Below, piece by piece: positions 23,793 through 36,261 of a DNA stretch of 64,000 bases (its first letter is position 1; each line of letters begins with the position of its first letter). The notes beneath the pieces were generated by a model. That model was not told where the DNA came from. It saw only the letters and a list, made by a program, of their open reading frames with translations, and searched no databases. The translations under genes were made by a program, and so were the position numbers. This stretch comes from Scyliorhinus canicula (lineage: Eukaryota): NCBI RefSeq assembly GCF_902713615.1, contig NC_052156.1, forward strand, positions 47,310,357-47,374,356, given 5' to 3'.

Positions 23793-26089
23793 CTTGTCTT
23801 TCTCCATTGTGCTCTTAAGAGACTCTCTTGTGTAAAAGTCTGAAGAGTAAATTTGTTGCAACTGAGGAAATTTTAACTATACTTTGCAGAAACAACTGCA
23901 GCTAATTCTGAACAGTCAAAAGCTCTTACAACATTTATTAAGGGAATCCTCCTTTTTGACCAGTCTCCAAACTGCATTAACTGATCTTTCTCAGCAGATG
24001 TATTAACACAATACGTTATACTGTGTTTGCCTATACAACAGCAGGCAGTGGGCCTTAAAGTAATTCAATACCCATGAAGTGCCTCAAAATATTTCAAAGA
24101 GTTGTAAATGTGAAAAAAATGAATTATTTTTGTCTAGTTTGAGCGAGGTACTTGATTCTCTAAAAAGTCACGATATGAAAGGAAGCAAAAAAACAGCTGC
24201 ACTCCCTGCAATTGCACCCTAGTCTCAATCAGTACTACAGCCCTGATTGTAACTCTCAACTGAAAGACATGTGGATGAGGAGCGAGGTGGGTGGCCAATT
24301 GTCTGACCCTCTGCAGCCTTAGGCGCAGGAGACTTTAACACCTGGGCCTTGTCTGCCACCATGAGTTTCATGTCCAAAGCTGATGGAAATCATTAGCTGG
24401 CTGCAGTAGGATTGTGTGCTGCAGAGAGGCTGCTGCTGGGGTCCTGAGGAAATGTTCCTGCTACTCAGAGTTAAGTGGGTGGGCAAGTGGTCAGGAAAGT
24501 AGGGAATTGGTATGGAATATTGTACTTCATCCGGATATGTTTATTCAGAACATAAAAAGCAACTGGGCAAGAGCTCGAGGGCTTGCTCCTGGATCCACTG
24601 TGTTTCATATCACCCAGCAGTAAGGGTGTGATCTTACAGAGGCCCATCTAAATAACGAACGGTTTGAAATTCAGCAGCCAGAGAATTTTAGGAATAGAAA
24701 ACATGGATACATTCATTCTTAAATGTCTATGGCCAAAACAAAAATCATACAGTTGTCTTTAATTTTAAAATAGCTTAATCTGCCTGATTATATTATGACT
24801 TTAGGAATCTGTTAAAATAATTATTTCAACAGACAATCCCGTTGCCAGATGGAAGCCTGTGTATGATTATTAAACTGGTAACTAGAGAGCAGAAGTGGCA
24901 GAAATTAACATTTAAGGAATAAAGGGAGAATATTTTTCATGTAGAGGATTCTAAACATGGAACAACATTCTGCCAGAAACAGTTGTGATGGCTTTTAAAA
25001 TTATGAAGATTTGAAAAATAAAAAAAGAAAAGGGGCCAACATTCTTTCAAAGAATTGGCACACGAGCCGTGGGCCAAATAGCCTGCATCTGTGCTGTAAC
25101 ATTTTATGATTCCATCAAATTTATGACTCCAGTTGGAATGCCCGAGTATGTGTATTATAGATCCATTCTCAGTGTATTCCATGGGTAATTCTAACATTGT
25201 GCTGTTAATTGATTCACATGTGCAACCATAATTATTGCCCCTATCCGGGAGCTGCGTAATCCAAAGGAGCCTTCAATAGAATTGCGAGCTCCAGGTGCCA
25301 GATGCAGCTGCAATGATTAGTTTCTAGAGAATCATAATAGGGATGTGAGATGAATTTAACAATACATTGCATCAACTATCACCAGGATAACAATTGCACA
25401 GAAAGGATTTAAAAACGTACACGGTGGGGGAGAAATTCAATGTGAGCACTCCCCCCCACCCCCCCATTTTCCTACATAAAACAGACATTAAGGCTTCTGA
25501 ATTTCACGTTGTGAACTGCTGTGTCCAATCTGGATCAAAAGTGTGCCAGATGCCATGTTGACTTGGCTGATTTATAATGATCACGAGCAAACACCTGAAA
25601 GCAGCAGGGCCCTAATAAATATATATAACTGAGGCCCTGCGCCTGATGAAGGACCTTTCTGACAAATTGAACTCAAATTTGCCCTCAAATTAATGGCAGC
25701 AACAGCCAGAACGGACACTGCAGTTTTGTTTAAACTAAAGGGATCCTGAGCTGCATTTTAGACCTGCATCTGATTGGTTGTGGGCTACCAAACCCGCCTC
25801 TGACAGCGGTGCTTGCTGGGGCTGACCAGAAAAATAATGGCAAGTTATTTTTTTGAGCTGCGGGACAATTCTGCCCAAGGGCTTGTGCACAAATCCTCTT
25901 GCAATATGGGCAACAGCTCAGTCAACCACTGATGCTGGAGAATGTATATGAGAAAGAAAAACAAATAAGAGTGCCATGTCCTGCAGCTGTTGGGTGCAAG
26001 AAGGAGAAAAAGAGGATGCAGAGCAGACTTGCATCCTGTCCGTGTGTAGGAACAGAACATCTTGTCCCCATTAACTGTGGGAGTGAAAC

Positions 26090-26178
26090 CAAACGTGCTG
26101 CAAATACTCAGCAGGTCAGGCAGGATCTGCGGAGAGAAACAGTGAATGCTTCAGGTTAAGATGACCTTTCATCAGAGC
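26090..26178 (-). mobile_element. Old Penelope-type pseudo-LTR fragment with degenerate hammerhead
   Basis: Minus strand reads CTGATGA-AAGGT-CATCTTA-ACCT-GAAGCATTC. Confidence 0.5.
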
Positions 26179-26907
26179 ATCTCATAATAAGTGAAACTCC
26201 TGCACAGGTTTCTGTCATACCTGCTGCTGATGTCATCGGTTATGGACCAGTTGCCATGTGCACTTTCTGTCTGTTTTTGGCACAAGTTGAGTTCCCCCCC
26301 AAATGCTTGGCTGAATGAACCACTACAAGTTGCAGGTAGTAAATAAGTCTGGCATTCATTTATTTGTGGGTTCCCATGATCACCTGCTGTCTCTTGGTTT
26401 GAAGGTCTGCAGGAGCCCCAGAGAAACGTGTAAATGTAACTTTTTCAATTCCTCCTGGATATCTTTGGATGGTCTGGTGAATATTCAAGAGAACGCCTGT
26501 AAAATTAGACCCTGTTGTGATTAGTTAGTTGAGGAAAGAAAGCTCTCCCTTTCTTCTATTTTAGTTATTTTTCCATCATGCGGTCAAAATTCAGTATGTG
26601 GTTGAAGTGATATTCCGGATGTGAAATTCAACAGCAGCTGTGTTCTTACTGTATTGGTCTATTGAGTGAAGATTACTTGTCATTAAATTTCACTGATATT
26701 TTGCCTGCTTACTGTCATAATATACACCAGTATATCATGGTGCAGACACATACTGATGGACATACACTAGGAGCAATCACCATGCACAAACACGAGGACC
26801 AAGGGGTCATATCCAGAGTCACGGAACCAACTGACTGGGTGATCTCCATGGTCTGTGTGAAGAAACCGTCCGGTGAGCTAAGGATCTGCATAGATCCTAA
26901 AGATCTT

Positions 26908-27603
26908 GGGCAAAATTCTCTGCTACCCGGCGGGACGGGGGGTCCCGGCGTAGCGGAGTGGCGCCAACCACTCCGGCGTCGGGCCTCCCCAAAGGTGCGG
27001 AATTCTCCGCACCTTTAGGGGCTAGGCCCGCACCAGAGTGGCTCCCGCTCCGCCGACTGGCGCCAAAGACGCCGTCGGGGCTGGCCTAAAGGCCTTCGTG
27101 AGTCGTGAGTTGGCGTGAGTCAACGCATGCGCCGGAGCATCAGCGACCGCTGACGAAACCACCGGCTCATGCGCGGTGGAGGGGGTCTCTTCCGCCTCTG
27201 CCATGGTGGAGGACGTGGCGGCGGCAGAAGAAAAAGAGTGCCCCCATGGCACAGGCCCGCCCACAGATCGGTGGGCCCCGATCGCGGGCCAGGGCACCCC
27301 CCGGGGTCCGATTGCCCCGCGCCCCCCTGGGGGCCCGCTCGCGCCGCCAATCCCGCCGGCACAGAGGTGGTTTAAACCACGCCGGCGGGAGAGACCTGAC
27401 AACGGTGGGACTTCGGACCATCGCGGGCCGGAGAATCGCTGCGCAGGGCACGCGATCGGCGCGGGGGGCCCGCCGACTGGCACGGCGTGATTCCCGCCCC
27501 CACCGATTCCCAGGTGGCAGAGAATTACGGCCACGGCGGGGGCGGGATTTACGCCGGCCCCAGGCGATTCACCGACCCTGCGGGGGGTCGGAGAATTCCG
27601 CCC
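26908..27603. mobile_element. GC-rich Harbinger-type MITE C inside the RT of Gypsy 2
   Basis: TIRs GGGCAAAATTCTC and GAGAATTCCGCCC, TSD CTT. Removal restores CIDPKDL-NRNIM. Confidence 0.92.
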
Positions 27604-30260
27604 CTTAATAGGAATATCATGTGGGAGCACTACCCGATTCCCAAACGTGAGGAACTCATGTGCGAAATGGCCCACGCCAAACTCTTCACAAAACTTGACG
27701 CCTCAAAAGGCTTCTGGCAAATTCAGCTGGATGAATCAAGCAGAAAGCTGTGTACATTCAACACGCTCTTTGGCAGATACTGCGACAACCGAATGCCATT
27801 TGGCATCATCTCGGCATCCGAAGTATTCCACAGAATAATGGAACAGATGATGGACGGAATTGAAGGAGTCCGTGTCTACGTCGACGACATAATAATCTGG
27901 TCCACCACCCCGCAGGAACACCAGCCGCCTCAAACGCATCTTCAAGCGCATTCACGAACATGGCCTCTGCCTCAATAGAGCCAAATGCTCCTTCTGCCAG
28001 TCGGACATTAAATTGCTGGGTGATCATATCTCCCATTTGGGTGTGCGGCCGGATGAGGACCAGATTGCTGCTGTCACATCCATGAAAACGCCCGAGGACA
28101 AGAAAGCGGTCCTCCGGTTTCTGGGCTTGGTAAATTTCCTGAGAAAGTTTATTCCCAATCTCGCCTCACATACGCCCTCAGGAACCTGGTCTGGAAGACA
28201 ACGGACTTCCAGTGGCTCCCTGCCCACGAGCTCGAGTGGAGGGAACTGAAGGCCAAGCTATCCACGGCCCCAGTGCTGGCCTTTTTCAATCCGAGCAAGG
28301 AGAGTAAAATCTCTCCGGACGCCAGTCAGTCTGGAATTGGAGCCGTGCTTCTGCAGCGTGATGAGGCCTCGTCATGGGCCCCAGTTGCGTATGCGTCACG
28401 GGCAATGACCCACACAGAACAGCGCTACGCGCAAATAGAGAAGGAGTGCCTCGGCCTTCTGACCGGTGTCATGAAGTTCCACGACTATGTGTATGGACTT
28501 CCCCAGTTTACTGTCGAGACCGACCATCGTCTGCTCGTCAACATAATACAAAAGGACTTGAATGATATGACGCCTCGCCTCCAACGCATCCTGCTCGAGC
28601 TCTGGAGGTATGATTTCCAACTCGTTTATACCCCTGGCAAAGACCTTGTTGTTGCCGATGCCCTCTTCAGGTCGGTCACCACTCCATCCCGAAGGGTTCG
28701 TTTGCCAGGTCGACGCTCAAGTTCAGTTTGCTGCTTCCCACTTGACAGCATCGGATGCACGCCTGGTACACATTCGCCGCAAGACAGCGGCTGACCCCCT
28801 TCTGGAGCATGTCATGCGCTTAATGACGGACGGGTGGCTCAAGGGCCAATGCCCACAGTTTTCCAATGTTCGTGACGATCTGGCGGTCGTTGACGGGGTT
28901 CTCCTGAAGCTAGCCCGCATCGTAATCCCACACAGCATGCGCCAGCTGGTCCTAGAGCAGCTGCATGAAGGCCATCGAGGTGTTGCAAAATGTCGCCGCA
29001 GGGCCAGGGAAGCTGTCTATTGGCCGGGAATCAACGACGACATTGTCAATGCGGTACTCAACTGCCCCACCTGCCAGCGTTTTCAACCCGCCCAATCATG
29101 GGAGACCCTGATGCCCCATGAGTTAGTCACATCACCCTGGACCAAGGTGGGCATTGACCTGTTCCACACATTGGGCAGGGACTATGTGTTGATCATTGAT
29201 TACTCCTCAAACTACCTGGAGGTCATCAGGTTGCACAACCTCACTTCTGCTGTCATTCGGGCGTGCAAAGAGACATTTGCCCGGCATGGCATCCCGCTCA
29301 CAGTGATATCGGACAATGGCCCCTGTTTCACAAGCCAGGAATGGGCCAGCTTCGCCCGGCAGTACAACTTTGTACACATCACGTCCAGTCCCCTGTACCC
29401 TCAGTCCAATGGCAAGGCGGAAAAGGGGGTTCATATAGTCAAGAGGCTACTCTGCAAGGCTGCCGATGCCGGATCTGACTTCCATCCAATAGGCTTTGTC
29501 GGCCTATTGCTCCACCCCACTCTCCACTGGGCTGTCGCCTGCACAGTTACTGATGAACCGCACCCTCAGGACGGCGGTGCCGTCGATTCACACCCCTAAT
29601 CTCGATCATGTCCCCGTGCTCAACCAGAATCAGACGTCTCAGGCCCAGGAAAAAGCGACACATGACTCACGTGCTGCTGATCTCCCTGACATCCAGCCAA
29701 ACGACAAAGTTCGCATTCATCTACCGGATGGTGGCTGGTCTGCACCTGCTGTTGTCATCAGGCAGGTGGCCCCCTGTTCCTTCCTGGTTCGGTTACCGGA
29801 CGGCTCCGTTCGCGCCGCAATCGGTGTGCCCTTCGCCTTGTTCCACAATCGTCACGGGATCCTCCGAACAGTTCCACTGCTGACCCTGCCATGGACTGTG
29901 CAGAGCTTCCTGTCACTCTGCCTCCTCCTGACTGTGTTGCAGCCCACCCAGCTCCTGCCTTGGCGTCTATTGGCCCACCTCAGAGACTGAATTTATGAAC
30001 TTTGCAAATTTATGGACTCTCTGAGATGTTTCCTCCTTTGTTAAATCGTTTTCTATTGGTTTGTATACAGCACTATTCTTGTTCAATTTGTTGCATACCA
30101 ATTATCTGCACCAGGCACCTTCCCTTGTATAAAGCTTTGTTTTCCTGTATATAGCTCTGTACATATGTCTTCGCACCTCACATGTAGTTCGGAACATTCT
30201 TCACGCACCCACACTACTTATTGTCACACATTCACATCAAAATTTTTTAAAAGGGGACGA

Positions 30261-30643
30261 TGTCATAATATACACCAGTATATCATGGTGCAGACACATA
30301 CTGATGGACATACACTAGGACCAATCAACATGCAGAAACACCGCAGCCAAACACCAATTAGAACACACGCACTATAAAGGCAGAGGGCATCACTTTTCCC
30401 GCTGATTCTGGATGCTGCCTCTCAGAAGCAGAAGAGCTCATCAAGTTTAGTACAGACTCACACCACGTGCTGAGTGATTCAACTGTTTCGGACAGGCACA
30501 GGTCTCTAGTTAAACTAGCATCGTGTAAACCCACAGTTATCGTATGTCTATTATTTTATAAGTAGTTAATAAAATAGTGTTGTACATTCTTCAGTGTTGG
30601 TAGCATATGTCTGCTTCACAAGTCCACAGTGCCCAACACTTCA
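30261..30643 (+). repeat. 3' LTR of Gypsy element 2
   Basis: 383 bp, TG...CA ends, CCAAT at 30321, TATAAA at 30373, AATAAA at 30568. Confidence 0.92.
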
Positions 30644-31735
30644 CTTACTTCTTCAGAAATTTGTGAATTTCAGCACTCAAACTTCAAGTTGGTTGTGTAA
30701 ATCCTCATAAACGTATGCAGGTTAGAAAAGCACAGGGAGTTACTATAAGCTTACCACAGGAGTCTTGGAGGTAATGAGCGGGATTCTTCAGGCTCCCAGC
30801 TGCATGTTTCTCAGCAGCAGGAGGCGGCAAAGTGGTCGCTGGTAGTGGGATTCTCTGCTCCCACTGCTGTCAGTGGGAATTCGCATTGAAGCCATCCTGC
30901 GCCACTGGGAAAACCACAGGTGGGGATGCGCTACTGGCGGAGTAAGTCGTACAGGTCCCCCAGCCATTGTCAACTGCCATTCCAACAGAATCCTTCTCCG
31001 GGCAACAAGAAAGGCGAAGGCAACAATGTCAGCCTTCCTCCCCTCCATCAGCTCTGGCATTTCCAATACCCCAAAAATCATCACCATAGGGTCCTGCATG
31101 GTCTCTACCCCCACAACCTTTGAAAACGTCCCAACACCCTCTCCCATTATCTCTCCAACTTCTCACAGCCCCAGAACATATTTGCATGATTATCTGGTCC
31201 TCCCCACACTTCTCACATTAAAAGAACCCACTTATCCTCGCCACGTCATGTGCACCCTGTGCACCATCATAAATTGAATCAAATTCATCCGCGCACACGA
31301 TGAGGTCGAATTCACCCTACACATCGCCTCACTCCACACTCACCAACCTATCTCCCCTCCCAGTTCTTCCTCCCATTTCTCTTAAATCCTCTACAGCCCC
31401 CCCCCGCTCTCCAGCCAGCCATATTTATCTCCAACCCTACCCTCCCCTTCCACATCTGGGAGCATCAACCACTCCAATCAGGTATACTCCGGCAGCCTGG
31501 GAAACCTTCTCCATTCCTTCCATGCCAAGTCCCTCACTTGCAGATACCTGAACAGCTTCCCTTCAGAAGCTCTACCCTCTCCTGCAGCCTCTTCCAGACT
31601 TGCTAACCTCTCCTCCAGATATAAATCCCTCTCCTTCACCAGCCCTACTCTCTCCACCTCCTATACATGGCATCCGTCTCCCCCGATTTGAACCCATGGT
31701 TCCCACACAAGGTGTTAGCACCGACATCCCCTCGA

Positions 31736-33087
31736 GGGCAACACGGTAGCACAGTAGGTAACACTGTTGCTTCACAGCGCCAGGGTCCCAGGTTCGATTC
31801 CCGGTTTGGGTCACTCCACGTTCTCCCTGTGTCTGCGTGGGTTTCCGCCATATGCTCCGGTTTCCTCCCACAAGTCCCGAATGACATGCTGTTTGGTAAT
31901 TTGGACATTCTGAATTCTCCCTCTATGTACCCAAAACAGGCGCCGGAATGTGGCGACTGGTAACTTCATTGCAGTGTACGGTACCTGCAGCTCAAAAACT
32001 TCCTACGAAAGGAGACAAGGACGTACCCACAACCGCCACGACAGACACTACTGGAAGACCTACTGGACGCAAGTATCCTAGAGAAAGGGAACTGTAGTGA
32101 CATGTATGACCGACTGGTAGATAGGGACGACACCGTACTGGACGCAACAAGGAGGAAATGGGAGGACGACCTGGGGATGGAGATAGGGTGGGGACTCTGG
32201 AGCGAAGCACTGCATAGGGTCAACTCCACCTCCACGTGCGCAAGGCTCAGCCTGACGCAACTAAAAGTGGTACATAGAGCCCACCTAACAAGAACCCGTA
32301 TGAGTAGGTTCTTCCCGGAGGTGGAAGACAGATGTGAGCGGTGCCAAAGAGGCCCGGCCAACCACGCCCACATGTTCTGGTCTTGCCCCAGACTTGTGGA
32401 GTACTGGACAGCCTTCTTCGAGGCTATGTCCAAAGTGGTGGGGGTGAGGGTGGAGCCATGCCCGATAGTGGCGGTCTTCGGGGTTTCAGACCAGCCAGAT
32501 CTATTCCTGGGGAGGAGGGCGGACGCCCTTGCCTTTGCCTCCCTGATCGCCCGCCGTAGAATCCTGTTTGGCTGGCGGTCAGCAGCACCGCCCAGAGCTG
32601 CGGACTGGCTGTCCGACCTCTCGGAATCTCTCCAAATGGAGAAAATCAAATTTGCCATCCGAGGGTCGGACGACGGCTTCCACAGAACGTGGGAGCCATT
32701 CATGCAACTGTTCCGGGACCTATTTGTGGCCAATGTACAAGAGGAAGAATAGTCGGGGGAAGGTAGCGGGAGGGGGGGGGGGGCTACAGGTTCGTTACGG
32801 GGGTTCGATGGCTAGCTAAGGCCCAAAACCAAGCTAAATAAACATGTTGAGGGGGGGGGGGGGGGGGGGGGCGCAGTTACTACTACGAAGATGCTTACCT
32901 GTAAATATGTATGTTAATTTTTGCGTGTTTGTTTTTGTTTGTTTTTTTTTGTTTCTCTCTCCTAACAATTTGTAATTTGTTCAATATAAAATACGAAAAC
33001 TGAATAAAAGCATTTATAAAAAAAAAAAAAACTTCATTGCAGTGTTAACGTAAGCCTACTTTTGACAATAAAGATTATTATTAATTA
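31736..33087 (+). mobile_element. V-SINE with (ATT)n tail, interrupted by a young L1
   Basis: Head and body 31736-31977, tail 33030-33087. Same family as 33330-33640. Confidence 0.85.
31978..33029 (+). mobile_element. Young 5'-truncated L1/Tx1 insertion
   Basis: Stop-free ORF2 C-terminus to 32752 with zinc finger CERC..HMFWSC, G-rich 3' UTR, AATAAA and poly(A), 16-bp TSD aacttcattgcagtgt (31962-31977 and 33030-33045). Confidence 0.93.
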
Positions 33088-33329
33088 TGTGTCTCCTCAA
33101 CTAGTTCCACACCCAAATCGTGGACTGTACCACCGAGCTCTCCGTGTACGTCCTCACTGCCAGCGGAAACACTGCTGTTACCATGGCCCTCAGGCTGGAG
33201 CCCCTACAGGACTCCTCCTCCATACTAATCCACTCAAACCACTCTCCTTCCAGATAAGCACATTCCTATTCCATGTGTGCAAAACCAGAATGAAAGGATT
33301 CTTCTTCATATTTTCCCATTATATGAGTA

Positions 33330-33640
33330 GGGCAGCACAGTAGCACAGTTGGTAGCACTGTTGCTTCACAGCTCTAGGGTCCCAGGTTCGATTCCCGGCA
33401 TGGGTCACTGTCTGTGTGGAATCTGCACGTTCTTCCCGTGTCTGCGTGGGTTCCCTCCAGGTGCTCCGGTTTCCTCCCACAAGTCCTGAAAGACGTGCTG
33501 TAAGGCAAATTGGACATTCTAAATTCTGCCTCTGTGTACCCGAACAGGCGCCGGAATGTCGCGACTGGGGGCTTTTCACGGTAACGTCATTGCAGTGTTA
33601 ACGTAAGCCTACTTGTGACAATAAAGATTATTATAATAAT
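33330..33640 (+). mobile_element. Full-length V-SINE with (ATT)n tail
   Basis: GGGCAGCACAGTAGC head, GGTTCGATTCC B-box, V-domain, GTGACAATAAAGATTATT tail. Confidence 0.88.
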
Positions 33641-33644
33641 CTGC

Positions 33645-34037
33645 TGATGGACAAAAGTGCAACACCACCATCCAGAACAAAACAGCCCACTTGATTGACA
33701 TCCCATCCACCACCTGAAACATACACTCCCTCCACCACGGGTGCAGTGTGTACCAAAGACAAAATGCATTGCAGCAAACTTTCACAGTTTCTTTAACAGC
33801 ACCTCCTAAACCGGCAACCTCTATCACCAAGGAGAACAAAGGCTGGCAGGCACATAGGGGCCACTACCACTACAAGTTCTCCTCCAAGTCACGAGGTTTG
33901 GAAATACATTGCCATTCCTTTGTTGTTGCTGGGTCCTATAAATGCTACCTAACGGCACTGTGGGAGTTCTTTTGCCACATAGACTCTAGCTATCAAGAGG
34001 CAGCTCACCACCATCTTCTCGAGGGCAGTTAGGGATG
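33645..34037 (+). mobile_element. CR1-like 3' fragment (same family as 7800 and 37995)
   Basis: Colinear with about 38660-39070. Confidence 0.7.
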
Positions 34038-35171
34038 TCCTCTTCCAGAAAGCCAATTGGTGAAGGATAGATTTCGATCCAATCTTGATTCAGTGTTACA
34101 TTTATTCAGAGTAAACCATTGCAAGCACACAGCTCCCAACTCAACCCTACCACAGTTTCAGTGTTTCTTTATATGTGCTCAAGTGAAATCACAGTTGATG
34201 CGCTCCATCTTCATAGAGTTAAACCGATTGATGCAGAATCAACAAGGAATTTGTAAAATGACTCATTTTGCCAGTGATGCTCGCACCCCATGAATGAATT
34301 TTTAAAATATGACTTAATGGAGGTTCAACTATAATTCCATTATAGTTCCATTATTAATTCTGTTCCTATGTCTTATGGTCTTATAGGAGAATGGGGAAGA
34401 GAAAAATATCAGCCATGATTGAATGGCGGAGCAGACTCAATGGGCCGAGTGGCCTAATTCTGCTCCTATGTCTTATTTTTGCTTCATTTACAATTGGATT
34501 TATTTGTTTCATCTTCATAGTTGTGCTATTTTCATATGCATTACTTCTAAGAAATCCAGTTTCTTCAAATAAAAATAGTTTAATAATAAATAAACCTTTT
34601 AAGTTCTTTATCCTGCCTTTAGTACAAATGTGTAAATGTCCATAGTGAACCAAATACTGAGGGTAGTCAAAGTAACCAAGCCTGGTATAAAAGGAGGTAT
34701 AATGAAACCACAAAGCAGAACAGCAGTATGTTAAGAGAAATAAAGTTAGAATTTACTGATGAGATCTCTGACAAAGGATCCTACATTCTGACAAAGGACT
34801 GAAACAATATTGTCTTTTAAATATTGGCTGGCATGTACATTCCAGCAATTTCAATTTTTATTTTCAATTCAACGTCTTTTATAATCAAATCTAGTGTAAC
34901 GACACTGATCAGTCAGAACTATTGAATTACAATCAATTTTTTTCACATGCATTTCCCTTCTCAAATGCTATGAATTTAGTATAGTAATTTGAACCCATAG
35001 GTAACATTGACAGAGACTTGAGCACAAAATATGGGGATGAATTCTATGTTTTGCACTCAGGACCGCTGCCCTCCTCCCCATGCATGTGTAGAATCTGGCA
35101 TGGTGACAATGGGTCGCCTGTCTCTCATAACATTGAAGTGGATAGTCGCCTAAATCTGCAACCTGCCTCAA

Positions 35172-35556
35172 GGCAGCACGGTGGCACAGTGGTTATCACT
35201 GCTGCCTCACGGCACCGAGGTCCCAGGTTCGATCCCGGTCCTGGGTCACTGTCTGTGTGGAGTTTTAGGGCAGCACGGTAGCACAGCTGTTGCTTCACAG
35301 CTCCCAAGTTCGATTCCCGGCTTGGGTCACTGTGCGGAGTCTGCACGTTCTCCCGTGTCTGCGTGGGTTTCCTCCGGGTGCTCCGGTTTCATCCCACAAA
35401 AGATGTGCTGTTAGGTAATTTGGAAATTCTGACATTTTGAATTCTCCCTCTGTGCACCCGATTAGGCGCCGGAATGTGGCGACTAGGGGCTTTTCACAGT
35501 AATTTCATTGCAGTGTTGGTGTAAGCCTACTTGTGACAATAAAGATTATTATTATT
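35172..35556 (+). mobile_element. Double-headed V-SINE
   Basis: Two tandem tRNA-like heads (35172 and 35268) followed by an (ATT)n-tailed body. Confidence 0.82.
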
Positions 35557-36261
35557 ACATTTTGAAGAAAGCTAATTAACAAGCTAGGTATTGAACCTGA
35601 ATTTTACTTTGCCCATTTTTCACTGGGTGCATATGCTAAGCGTTTGGAGTGACATCAGATAAGTCGATGTGCTGCAAAGGCGAATATAAAAACTCACTGC
35701 AGAACTTAGGCTAGATTCACAGACGACTCTGAAGCTGAAGATGGGAGCGATTCACTGTGGTTTAACTTTGATTTACCATATTTTTCAGCCTGCATTAGGA
35801 CATTTTTGCAGGGACGACAGCATACAGATAGTGCTGCACTGCAGCATGGATCTTTAAATCACTGTCCCCCATGGGAATTGTGCATTCTGTTCCTCCTCCA
35901 GTGAGGAGGGGATGAGGAGAAAGAGGGGGGCAGCTGGCCAGAGGCAGATGCCCCTGTGGTCCAGCAAGCTGTGCAACTCGCTATTGAGCATGGGGCTGCA
36001 GAAGACGGACAGCAACATCAGGCAGCCAGAGGGGGGCAAAGGCACTGCCCTGGAAACTATTTGTTTTGGTGAGGGTGACGTACCTCCTGATGTCCGAATG
36101 TCAGTGCCTCAGAAGACTGTGCCTCTCAAGGGAGACAGTCACATCCTTGTGTGACATGTTGACTGGCAGATTGCTTCCAATTATGCTGGCGGTCACCCAA
36201 CACCTGTGGTGTTGAAAGTAACTGTGGCCTTGAATTATTTCGCTTCTGGGTCATTCCAGAA

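Larger units (their letters stand above)
26713..30643 (+). mobile_element. Gypsy (Mag-like) LTR retrotransposon 2, internally deleted
   Basis: TSD CTTAC (26708-26712 and 30644-30648), 5' LTR stub 26713-26793, RT YVDD, RNase H, integrase, PPT 30249-30260, 3' LTR 30261-30643. Confidence 0.95.
30955..33275 (-). mobile_element. Older L1/Tx1 ORF2 C-terminal fragment, split by nested insertions
   Basis: Minus-strand FLVARRRILLEW, GNHGFK and EWISMEEESCRGSSLRAMV motifs. Segments 30955-31735 and about 33088-33275 are colinear. Confidence 0.8.

Noticed and set aside
22419-23861. Many overlapping 60-270 aa ORFs in GC-rich regions (also 27022-27675 and 55024-55864)
   Set aside because: They are stop-poor by-products of GC-rich MITEs bounded by TIRs and TSDs, with no protein motifs.
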